Source: a virus
Reading direction: 5' to 3' (one strand)
Virus record (IMG/VR): IMGVR_UViG_3300034071_001262
DNA length: 64,000 bases
Below the pieces are notes generated by a model. The model had not been told where the DNA came from. It did not search any database and saw only the letters and a program-made list of their open reading frames with translations. The translations under genes were made by a program, and so were the position numbers. Positions 31,001 to 40,600 of the stretch are shown one piece after another (position 1 is the first letter of the stretch; every line of letters begins with the position of its first letter).

Positions 31001-34000
31001 TGTAAAAATTGATTACTACTAGTTAAAGAAACTCTGGTTAATGAGTTTGTAGTTGTAGAGCTATTATTATATGTTAAGGTTGTGGCATAGGTTTCTGGTA
31101 AATGGGAAATGTCTACAATAGATTCATTTCTTTGTAGATTAAAATTGTTTTCTCCATTATTAATATTGTTTGCAGAGTCTATAAAACCATCAATATATAA
31201 TGTGGTTTGATGATTAATGGGTCTTTCAGTATCTATAATTGCTAATGTAGTGTGTTTAGATTCTGCTTCAAACTGTGTACCTATAAACAGTGGTGCGTCT
31301 GTAGTTATAACCTCGATTGTTGGAGTAAATGATAAAGTAAATGATTGATTAACAAATTGCGCGCCCTCAACATTTAATGTATGAATATCTGTTACTGGTC
31401 TATTCATAACCAAAGTTGTAGCATTATTTTGTGATGTAACACCATTAACAATTAAATTCGCAACACCAAAATCATAATCTAAACCACGAGTCACAAGTCT
31501 AAATGTATTGTTGCTATACGCCAAACCGCGAGTATTTAAAGGTATACTTGATGGTGCTAAAACTGGTCCAAGAACCACTAATGGAATTTGTCCAGTGCCT
31601 AATGGTTGAAAAGTAAGCGTGAGACTATTATCAATGTCTGGAGTAGTAATTGATAATGGCATAATAGCCGATGGAGCAACTTCATATGTAAATAATGACA
31701 TAAACTCAAAATTTGGTGCCTCAATATTAAGAGTAATGCCAGTTTGTATAAATGGTTGACCAATAAATAATGAAAAGGCTGTTGGTGTATTAATTTTTTG
31801 CAAACCATTTACATATAATGTGGTTTCTAATCGCTTTGATTTATCTTTGATAAACAGAGTTGTCGCAGAAATCTCTTGTTTTAATGCGCCAATATATAAT
31901 GGTAAATAATCCAAGTCAAGAATATCCATAGACCCAAGTAAATTATTTGCACCAATATAAGCAGATCCAAGAACACCGCTGATGCTATTATAAGTTTGTA
32001 CTTTGTCTTCATTTAAATCAATATAAGTTGACGTATTAATATTTTCGCCAATACCAGCTATACTATCAGATGATATAATCTGTACTGATTTATTAAAGGT
32101 TCCTTTATCGTTAGAACTAAATCCTGTATTTGATTTAGCCACTCTAATTATTGGATTTTTACTTTGTCCAAATAGATGATTACTAATGCCCGGTTGGTTG
32201 TACTCAGTGAGAAGTAATTTACGATCTCTAGTTATACCAACCGGTAATGGCACAAATTCATATTTGCCAAAAGAATATCTATCAATTCGTAAATTATTGT
32301 TTAGTATATTTCTTTGTACGTCATCATAAACCGCGTTATTATATTTAAAATATGCAATTTTATTGAATACACATTGCATTTTTCTTTTATCAATATTACG
32401 AGACTCTATATTTGCACTAATATCTAATATGGTAGCAGAAAAATCAAAATTGATCAAATTATTTAATACTGGATAAATTGATTTTTGTTCTATAGATGTA
32501 GTTGCCAAAACAGTATTATATGAATACTTATAATCATATATATTTAAGCGTTTATCTGGAACAGATCTAAAAAAGTTGAATAATGGACCGTCTGCCGACT
32601 GTGAACCTATTGGACTAGAAGCAGCATAATTAACATTATCTACTGTGCCTAGTAGTATACCCAATGCAAGAGTTTTATTAGATGAGATATTGTCTACATC
32701 ATAAGTCTCATGATTAATATCATTGATATAACCTTGCGACCATGTACCAGATATTGGATTTGATAAATTACTACTTGGTGTAGTAGAAGATATTGTACCA
32801 TGATTAATATTTGTAAAATCATTAATAAATGGCCTATTGTCTTTGCTTGACTTAAGAAAATTACCTTGATATATATACTGTGACCATATACTATATGGTA
32901 TAGTGAATGTAATAGTATTATCATCTGTTGGAGCTATATTAGTATTGGCAATAATTGTACCATACATCGACACATTAGCAACATCTTGTCCATCGTCTCG
33001 TAATAAGTTTATCACATCATTAGAAACATACGATATTAAACCTTGTTTAGTATTTACGTCATATGTTGCGTCATATAGCTGTCCAAGAGTAATTAAACCA
33101 CCATAATAATGATTAAGTAATTCTGTTGGTATTGCTTCTATCAAGTTTGGAAAAGCGCCTAATAATGTAGCTTTATATTCTTTTATAGATGATGCACTAA
33201 GATCACCATAAAAATGCAAATCATGCGCACCACCCCTAAACATTGGTGGACGTGTCACGGATTGTTTCCAAGTAATTGAGTCATCATTTGGATTAGTTAT
33301 TCTTCTGTGTGTTGAGCTATATACAAACTTGCCATCTTGCAAAGTGACAAAGCCAGTTGTTGGAGTTGTGGTGGTATTACCAATTACACCATTTGGTATT
33401 ATTGTTTGTCTAGGGTCTTTTTTATACAGAACAATACGTGGTAATAAATTATCAAATGCAAAACTATCGATTATAGTTTCTCTATTACTAAAATTATTTA
33501 CATTAATTGTTTCAAAAAATCTACGTGATAAATTATCAAAAACTAATGTAATATTTAAATTGCCATATACATCAATATTAGATTCTGGAATATTAAAGAA
33601 AAATACTGGAGTTACAGTTAAATTATTTTGTAATGATAAAGTATTACTACTGGTTTGATTGAAGATAGATGTATCTCTAATCAAGAAAGAACCATGATCT
33701 GAATAATCGTAATATATTTCTCCAGCCTTAAATATTTCAGAAAAATATAAGTATGGTGATATATCATATGAAGCACTACTATTTAAAGTAGAAAAACCAA
33801 ATCTAGAACTATAAGAATAATCTATAGCAAATAAAGAGTATCCTACTGGATCCCTTAAGATAACTCTGCTATCTATAGCGTCATAACTGTTTACAAGTCT
33901 AACATTCCAAGTTCTAGACTGTAAAGTAAAATTATCATAATGTATATTTCCAATATTTAATAGACTATCTTGATAATCAATCAAAAATTTGTCTGTATAC

Positions 34001-37000
34001 TTTTCACTAACATCACCGGCATTAAAAGATGGAAAAATATTTTGTAGAAACTCAGCATTGTTTTGATTTGTAATCTTGAATACGGATAAAGAATCAACTC
34101 TATATGAGCCAATTGCAGAACCATCAAGAAGTGTTGCTATATCTTGACCAAATTCATTTTGTGTAACCATTGAGTTAGTTACAAGAATACCATCATTGTA
34201 TCTAATATTCCATCCAAACCCATCTCCAACAAATTTTGCATCTGATCTACGCGGTGTAGTAAATTGTTTTGTTATTTGTCCAATAGGAGTTAATGAATTA
34301 TTATTGTAGTTGTATCTCAAAATATTAATCTTAGACTTGCTTTCTGATAGTATCTGATCACCCCAAATAAGTGTTCCATCTTTGAATAGAATTTTTTGAG
34401 CAGATAAAAACATACTAGACTTTACTTCATTAATCCCATCACCGGCATATGAACCGGTGCGTAATTTATAGTGCTGTGCGTCTGGTATTCTTTGAGTTGG
34501 ATCATTGTCTACATTATATGAATCAACGCTACCACTGCTGTTAATTTCTAAAAGTTTTACTGTACGATAATCTGAACCAAGTATAATACATGATATTTGA
34601 CCAATTTCGCTTTTTGTATCAGCACTAGTTAAAGTAAATCCAATATTATAGCTATATCCTTGTGTAACATTAATATTAGATCTTACTGTAGACGATGAAA
34701 AAATTGGTAGATTACCGTTGGTTGTTTTTTCTCCGATACATACGCTTTTACCAAAACTATCAACCCAAGGCACAATATGTAATTGTGATTTAGAGTTAGT
34801 ACCAAGTCCAAATCTATCTATTATTGGATAAGCTGTATATGTTGAAGATATTGTGCTTTCACCGAAATAACTTCTATTTTTATTAAAAATTGGTTCGGTA
34901 GAAATATAGTTTCTGTTTAAATCTGGTATAAGATAATCACGATATAAAGTAGATAAATTTTCATTAATAGTACTATTGCTATAATAGTCGTATATATTGG
35001 GACCAAACCAATTGGCTATTGCCGCTCTATACCAATAAAGTGTGGTTGATGGAACTGTGCCAATTTCATTAACAGTAATAATCTTGCCATCGATTCCATT
35101 AGCTTTATATGTTATAGTGTTTGCTATTCCTGCATGAAAATCTATATATGGACCCATAAACTGATCCATCATATATATTAATGGATAATGAGACTTAAAT
35201 GGAAAACTACCATTATATGATAGTAAACTATATCCATCTCCAAATATAGTATTTTTATGTGATATGTCGGTAATTCGGTTATATTTATCAACCGTCATAG
35301 TTAATACATGAACTTTACCATGTGGAGCAAAATATGGCACAATACGCTGTTTAAAAATACTGAATATGTCGGCGTTGGTACTTTCTTGAGAGTATGGTAT
35401 AACGCCACCATCTATCTTGATTTCGTTGGCTTGACATCCAAATAAATCAATAGAAACATCAGAACCCTTTTCTCCAACAACAATATTATATATTTTACTG
35501 TCGCCAATATTATGAGAGAACTTAACATCTAAAGAGCATCCAAACTTGTTACCAAGATATGGTCCAGATAGATCGTATGCACTTAAATATGGCCCACTAT
35601 TAAGTTCAAAAGAATCACTATCTGTATTATATTTTCCAAGTTCTGTCTGTGAATGATATGGATATAGCTCTTGAGATCCCTTGTGTGGAACGCCAAAAGC
35701 GGATTTACCAAAAATTTTATTTGGGATGCTGGTAATAAACTCTGAAATTAATTTTCCAAATACAGTTTTATTAGATGTCAATGTAGGTATGAACCAGTTG
35801 CTTCCAGTTGTAAAAAACTCACTAACAATTTCTTCATAAATATCTATATCCTCAGACAAATCTAATACTATAGACTTTATAGAGTTTTCACGATCCCAAG
35901 ATGTTAGATCGCTATTCAGTGAGGCGTCTGAAATACGCTTATCGGTTATAAACGAAGAAGGACCAATATTTAAATCAAGATTAGAAGCAAATCTAAAAGA
36001 GTAATCTCTATTAGTAAAAGACATATAACCATTTCTGCCAGTTGGCGAAAATAGTGTTTTATAATAAGACCATCCTTGACCAAATGTGCCATTTACGTTT
36101 CCAATACAGCACCACTGAATACCATCTACAGATTTAAGATTGTTAGCACTAGATGGACTTTCTAAAAACTGATCGTCGTATAATTCAAATGTATTATCAT
36201 CTATATACTTTACAAATTTTTCTCCATTAAGTGGATGAATATCTATTGCTCCAGTTTGTTCACCATCAAATAAAGCAGAATCAATTTTAATTATATCATG
36301 ATTTTTTAATGAATGTGCTGGTGAGGTAAATCTATTACCAGTAAATCCAGATACTATTCCACTCTTTCTCACATATATATCTACTTTGCCACATTTTCTT
36401 GCTGGTTGTAACTTAATTAGAGTCACTTTTGCTGAATGCGATGTATATACAATGCCCTCTATTAATCCAATATTTGTAAAAATTTGTGAAATAGTTTGTG
36501 GATCTAGATCGGGCAATGAAGTTCCAGAACCCTGTGTGTTTGATTGAAAATAATTTAGTAAAGCATTTACAGATAATTGAATTGTAGTTATAGCATTGTC
36601 GTCAACTTCAACAAAATCTGATTCATTAATATTTGAAGCTTCTCCAAACGCGCCGCCACCACTATATAATATATTTTTTCTTGTAGAATATGTTACAACA
36701 AAAAATTCTCCAGCATAATCTCCATCAGCAAAATTTAAATAATTTACTGGACAAAAGGTATTATCAAATCTCTCACCAGTGGACAAATCATAGTTGTTGC
36801 AGTAGCGAATAGTATTCGCGGTAGGATAATCAGCAAAAGTCATTGTATTCCTAAGACAACCACCATATGTAAAATATAGTGTCTTTTTAGGTAATGACGG
36901 ATCATTAAACTCTACTTTTAGTATTGTGTTATCATATGTGGCAAATCTATTAGATAATCTATAGTTTATATCTAAAGACTCAGTTGGACCATAAATAGAT

Positions 37001-37602
37001 TTTACTTTATGCATCAATGGTAATTGATTATTCTGAAAAACCAAAGATGCATCATAGTCTCTAAAATAATTAGTGGTAATTGTATCATAACCTAAACTCG
37101 ATTGATATCTATATGGTTGATATAGTGTTATTTGACCAAGTTCTAAATCTTCTCGATTTAAATCAGAATAATCTTCATAAGAAACAAAAGCTATATCGTC
37201 TACTATATTAATATCACTTACTGACCAACTATCAATAAATGATACTTTATTTTGTTTGTCATTAGTAATAGATTGAGCTAGCGGTATTTTAACGTCTGGA
37301 CTAATTATACCATCATTTACACCAAGATTAATTCTATTAGTATATTCGTAGCTCGTAGCTATTCTATTTTTTACAGAATACAAAAGAGTGTTTGGTTGAC
37401 TATCTTCAAATCTAATTCCTTTATTACTATCTATAGAATTAGAAATATGATTCCAGTTTGTTACTTGTTTTATTCCTTCACCAATGGTTTTAATACCTAA
37501 TGGTAAAGCTCTTTTTTCCTTATCAGTATTTCCATCAGAATCGGACTTCATAAAAAGAGAAGCACCGGTCTGAATTTTATCATACTTGAAATAATCTTGC
37601 AT
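28039..37602 (-). CDS. Giant (3187-aa) virion protein with FG-GAP-like propeller motifs and two short-period repeat stalks
   Basis: Follows the TMP (TAATG overlap). FG motifs (KFGCSLD, SFGKSV, GFGWNI, GFGIPL..GAVYIY, LFGFDF..GKVYLF, NFGSYI); xTLx(I/V)xG-like repeats every ~11-17 aa at ~31190-31905 and ~28045-29235. Confidence 0.6.
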   Translation of the reverse strand: MQDYFKYDKIQTGASLFMKSDSDGNTDKEKRALPLGIKTIGEGIKQVTNWNHISNSIDSNKGIRFEDSQPNTLLYSVKNRIATSYEYTNRINLGVNDGIISPDVKIPLAQSITNDKQNKVSFIDSWSVSDINIVDDIAFVSYEDYSDLNREDLELGQITLYQPYRYQSSLGYDTITTNYFRDYDASLVFQNNQLPLMHKVKSIYGPTESLDINYRLSNRFATYDNTILKVEFNDPSLPKKTLYFTYGGCLRNTMTFADYPTANTIRYCNNYDLSTGERFDNTFCPVNYLNFADGDYAGEFFVVTYSTRKNILYSGGGAFGEASNINESDFVEVDDNAITTIQLSVNALLNYFQSNTQGSGTSLPDLDPQTISQIFTNIGLIEGIVYTSHSAKVTLIKLQPARKCGKVDIYVRKSGIVSGFTGNRFTSPAHSLKNHDIIKIDSALFDGEQTGAIDIHPLNGEKFVKYIDDNTFELYDDQFLESPSSANNLKSVDGIQWCCIGNVNGTFGQGWSYYKTLFSPTGRNGYMSFTNRDYSFRFASNLDLNIGPSSFITDKRISDASLNSDLTSWDRENSIKSIVLDLSEDIDIYEEIVSEFFTTGSNWFIPTLTSNKTVFGKLISEFITSIPNKIFGKSAFGVPHKGSQELYPYHSQTELGKYNTDSDSFELNSGPYLSAYDLSGPYLGNKFGCSLDVKFSHNIGDSKIYNIVVGEKGSDVSIDLFGCQANEIKIDGGVIPYSQESTNADIFSIFKQRIVPYFAPHGKVHVLTMTVDKYNRITDISHKNTIFGDGYSLLSYNGSFPFKSHYPLIYMMDQFMGPYIDFHAGIANTITYKANGIDGKIITVNEIGTVPSTTLYWYRAAIANWFGPNIYDYYSNSTINENLSTLYRDYLIPDLNRNYISTEPIFNKNRSYFGESTISSTYTAYPIIDRFGLGTNSKSQLHIVPWVDSFGKSVCIGEKTTNGNLPIFSSSTVRSNINVTQGYSYNIGFTLTSADTKSEIGQISCIILGSDYRTVKLLEINSSGSVDSYNVDNDPTQRIPDAQHYKLRTGSYAGDGINEVKSSMFLSAQKILFKDGTLIWGDQILSESKSKINILRYNYNNNSLTPIGQITKQFTTPRRSDAKFVGDGFGWNIRYNDGILVTNSMVTQNEFGQDIATLLDGSAIGSYRVDSLSVFKITNQNNAEFLQNIFPSFNAGDVSEKYTDKFLIDYQDSLLNIGNIHYDNFTLQSRTWNVRLVNSYDAIDSRVILRDPVGYSLFAIDYSYSSRFGFSTLNSSASYDISPYLYFSEIFKAGEIYYDYSDHGSFLIRDTSIFNQTSSNTLSLQNNLTVTPVFFFNIPESNIDVYGNLNITLVFDNLSRRFFETINVNNFSNRETIIDSFAFDNLLPRIVLYKKDPRQTIIPNGVIGNTTTTPTTGFVTLQDGKFVYSSTHRRITNPNDDSITWKQSVTRPPMFRGGAHDLHFYGDLSASSIKEYKATLLGAFPNLIEAIPTELLNHYYGGLITLGQLYDATYDVNTKQGLISYVSNDVINLLRDDGQDVANVSMYGTIIANTNIAPTDDNTITFTIPYSIWSQYIYQGNFLKSSKDNRPFINDFTNINHGTISSTTPSSNLSNPISGTWSQGYINDINHETYDVDNISSNKTLALGILLGTVDNVNYAASSPIGSQSADGPLFNFFRSVPDKRLNIYDYKYSYNTVLATTSIEQKSIYPVLNNLINFDFSATILDISANIESRNIDKRKMQCVFNKIAYFKYNNAVYDDVQRNILNNNLRIDRYSFGKYEFVPLPVGITRDRKLLLTEYNQPGISNHLFGQSKNPIIRVAKSNTGFSSNDKGTFNKSVQIISSDSIAGIGENINTSTYIDLNEDKVQTYNSISGVLGSAYIGANNLLGSMDILDLDYLPLYIGALKQEISATTLFIKDKSKRLETTLYVNGLQKINTPTAFSLFIGQPFIQTGITLNIEAPNFEFMSLFTYEVAPSAIMPLSITTPDIDNSLTLTFQPLGTGQIPLVVLGPVLAPSSIPLNTRGLAYSNNTFRLVTRGLDYDFGVANLIVNGVTSQNNATTLVMNRPVTDIHTLNVEGAQFVNQSFTLSFTPTIEVITTDAPLFIGTQFEAESKHTTLAIIDTERPINHQTTLYIDGFIDSANNINNGENNFNLQRNESIVDISHLPETYATTLTYNNSSTTTNSLTRVSLTSSNQFLQKTKSISATNVYLGSQNKLLESNNAAYITQISDVDNNATRAFYRDESITNFGQLNHLLKRDIYDSNGRYFVLGSKNEDIADIDIYKIVDNKNVQFISKISMGLAKVVPGTSEASDSLYGKNGITDLPFGDSFVTIRRQLKSYFSGVFSNSNIDDSLSSIVVNDLKISDFNTCAISLRVRLYYSVGTTNETKTFNVIILFKLSDLQTGTSNVTSFVGQTTYYVDHYHYYILQESGNDQSKYSAAYNLAFCQDDLYFERHNGQWGQICRLLASENYSSLQVVIDYAEHPDVQYYTNTNNSPYISDSRKKAGFGIPLKIYNEYRSDSHIMLIGAQLFDPFVFNTLTQPHNPNAIGAVYIYRLPTGSSTWNYVGAMYGKGNTSSNVIANLNNYTSSGIEDKEYCLFGFDFDYMDGNTAISEPGGSGSNEINGGKVYLFNIEGSNIALLDQYSINDISLPLGYTLNSQNNFGSYIVLIDKNTPITFSNSSAGNGLIHNLSNGSTLVASLAYTQSEYTTLNEARANIENETKPYDPVLINPSITTRSQHVLSMKRLNFGNSTRKLGLVREFRTRSDNSNFTFDLQKVFIMDVQPIGFTLFIGGPPAKNNTLTLQTLSHEILNDTLLTSIYGKEIISSGLSLVAASNFGLGDMPLHIEYVNDNATTLYISSQIQINSDEFTTNITGKDIYNINTTLWTSSAINSASGINLNTYGQNIRTNTAKLYTRGYTNATINTTLTTSGIFMDNNSASLIVTGHINRATGINTVIVGYDIINNSGMFFSTSGAILGDIYRTTPLFIGKDAYANNATSIFIDSFVVSSGSEYKAVGNTLHINARPSSVYDTFDSHSLYINGPDREYLNTDATIFISAPIPEISEDGAYIHSGYLITTITGNNDAGSFFASEKYQTLNVVGSIANASGMSLYMERPTANALGLFIKDLNPTSTITTAISGAFYGSGSTDLCVLGPTPSTGTFSLYIEQPQSNLTTLTTRGYLE

Positions 37603-40600
37603 TATATTCTGAACCTTCTACTTTCAGCATCCATCTGATTTGTAATCTCTTGAGCAACCATTTGCCCAATAGAAGAAGACAATTCCTGTTTAATTGATTC
37701 TAAATTCAAGCCACCTAAAGATATTAATCCCTCAACAGTGACAGTATGTTCCATAGTTATTCCAGTTAGCGATTGTGCTAATGAGCCAAATGCAGTTTCG
37801 ATGCCACTAAACTTCTGTACAATATTATCAAGAGAACTACTGAAATTTCCCACAAACGCATTAAATACGTTACTTAATCCGCTAGTATCAATGGGTATTG
37901 GTCCCATTGCTGCTGTTGGCGATGTAGGTGCTGTAGGAGTAGCAGCAACCGCAGCTGGCGCAACTGGACTATCAGAAGTACCATATCGGGCAGAATATCG
38001 GGCAGCGGCATTGTATGCTGCGGCGTTTTCTGGCTGTGCTACGAATGCTGATTGTGGTGCAGAAATAGTATAGGATTCATTACCAGACATCCTTATCTGA
38101 TATTCCTGCCGTGGTTCGGCAGCAACTTGAGGTAATTGCGCTGGTGCGGCAGCAACTTGAGGTAATTGCGCTGGTGCGGCAGCAACTTGAGGTAATTGCG
38201 CTGGTGCGGCAGCAACTTCAATTCCCTTTTTACGACGTAATTCTTCTTGTTGTTGTTGCTGCTGTTGTTTTAATTGGTTAAAAACTCTTTCTTCTTCTTT
38301 GTTTTTTTCTTCTTTGGTTCCTTTAAATCTTTTCGCTGCTCCAGATGCTCTCGCTCCTATTGTTTTATCACTTAGTCCTTGTCTTTGAAGAGATTGTTGC
38401 ACTTGATATTCAGCTATTTCTTTGGCCCTATCTTGTGCTGCTTGTTTTTTCCTAGCTTTATCTTCTTCAAATCGTTTTTTATTCGCGGCAATCATTTCTT
38501 CTCTTGTTTGTGGAGCAGCAGGGGCTTGTGCTGTAGCTGGTTTTTGTGGTATATTTACTGCTTGAACTGCTGCTGCTCCAGCCGCTACAGCTGCTTGTCC
38601 TGCCACCACTTGATCGATACCGGCGGCTGGCTGACCGGGTGGGACCGCTGGCAATGGCGCACCGGGTCTTGCTGTTCCAGTGGCACCTAATTCTCTAGCT
38701 CCTGCATTCACTCTTTGTTGTGCTGCCTTAGTTTTTTGCTCTTCAAATGCAACATTAGCTCCACCAGCTTCACGAATTGTATTTGTTAAATTATCTAGTG
38801 CATTTATCAATTCTTTTTCTTTATCTGTCTGACCATATAACGCTCTTAATACTTTAGGATCTAGTCCTAATCTTACTGCATCGCGTTGAATGATTTCTTC
38901 TTTTACTTGAGCGCCTTTAAGTGTACGACCTCCACCAATATTAAAATCAAAGTCTTTCAGCTTATCTAGAAGATCAAAAGTAGACTTTCTTTGTTCTGGT
39001 GTTTGATTTTGTATAGTGCCAGTTTTAATTGCTGCTTGTACACCAGCAAATGCTTGATTAATAGCCTTACGTTGATCAGCACCACCAACAACAAACTCTT
39101 CTACTAAACCCTTACCTGTTTCTCTTTTTTGTCTTTCTTTATCTATTTCACCTAATATATCAGCAGCTTTATCACTTTGATCAGTAAGACGATTTAACTC
39201 TGCTGTGGTTTTCTCTATTATATTGTTTAGTTCTATTTCTCGTTTAGCCCTATCAGCTGTAACTTTACCAGCCTTGATATCCGCCTCTATTGAAGCTCTT
39301 TCTTCAAAAGCTGCGGCTCTTGTAGCGGATAATTGCTGAACATTTCCAGCTTGTAATTGATTGCCACGAACATCTTTTAGTCCACGTAATCCGACTTGTG
39401 CCTCTTGTACTCTAAATGACTCTTTTTGATCAGAAGTTAATTCTGTGCCTCTTGCCTTTGCTCTTAATTCTTCAGTCTTAGCAACTAAACTAACTAATTT
39501 TTGTCGAGCCTCAATTTCTTTATCTGTTTGATCTTTTAGTTGTTGAACAAAATTTTGATATATAGAAATAGCTTTATTTTGTTGTTCATTAAATCTATTT
39601 AGTTGTTCAGCTGACGCTTTACCCTGTTCTACTAATGGCTGTATGAGTGATTGTGCTTCATCAGCCTGTAATATACCATCTTCAAGATTTTTATTGAAAT
39701 CTTTTTTAAAGTTTTCTAATGCTGGCCCTAAAAAGTCTGGTTGTAAACCAATCTCTGCTAAAAATTGTTCTGGTGTTGGTTGTTTCTCTTTGGTTGTAAA
39801 TTTTACACCAACTAGTTGTGACTGTGCTGTCTTTTTGATAATCTCTGCTGCCGTTTTTACGTTTTCAGCTAGTCTCGCGCCCTCTGCACCAAGTCCAGCC
39901 GCTATATTATCTACAGCAGCACCGAAGGCAGCGGAATCACCAACATTTTCTAAACTTGTTAATCCTTCTGGAGCATCAAGAGAAAAGTCAAAATTTGCAC
40001 CAGATAATAAAGAATCTAAATTAGATGCTGATTTGGCTAGTTTATTGAGAGCATTATCTACATTTGTTAAAGAATTAGCTACAGCATTTATCTCAAGTAG
40101 TTTTCTTCTAAATTCTGCATTAGCTGCCGTAGTAGCGGCTAATTCTTCTTTAAATCTTTTTTGCTCGTCTACTAATGATTCTAGACCAGCCTTTTGATCA
40201 GATAAACGCTGTTGTAATCTTTGTTGTTCGCTATTGATTGCTTTTTGTAGTGATGCTCTTGTTTCATCTGTGGTCGCGCTATCTTTTTGAGCCTTTAATA
40301 CTGCAATTCTAGCCTCTGATTCTGCCCTAATTGCAGATTGTGAAAGAGTAAATGCTTGTGCTAATTGTCCACCATTTTTTAAGAGATCATCTAATGATTC
40401 ATCACCAGTGATTTCTACTTTAGCGGCTTCTTCCAATGTCTTTCTGGATTCTGCTACGCTTTGTGATAAAAACTCTAAATTTTTGGCTAAACTTTGTTGT
40501 GCATTATTAAATATTTGTCGCAATTCTGGATCATTTTCAAAGTCTGATTCTTGTAATTCTCCAATGCTTTTTCCTTTTTCTCCTGCTAATCTCTGTAACT

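Noticed and set aside
38117-38218. 30-bp repeats as a possible CRISPR array
   Set aside because: The copies are directly adjacent with no spacers and are in frame within the TMP.
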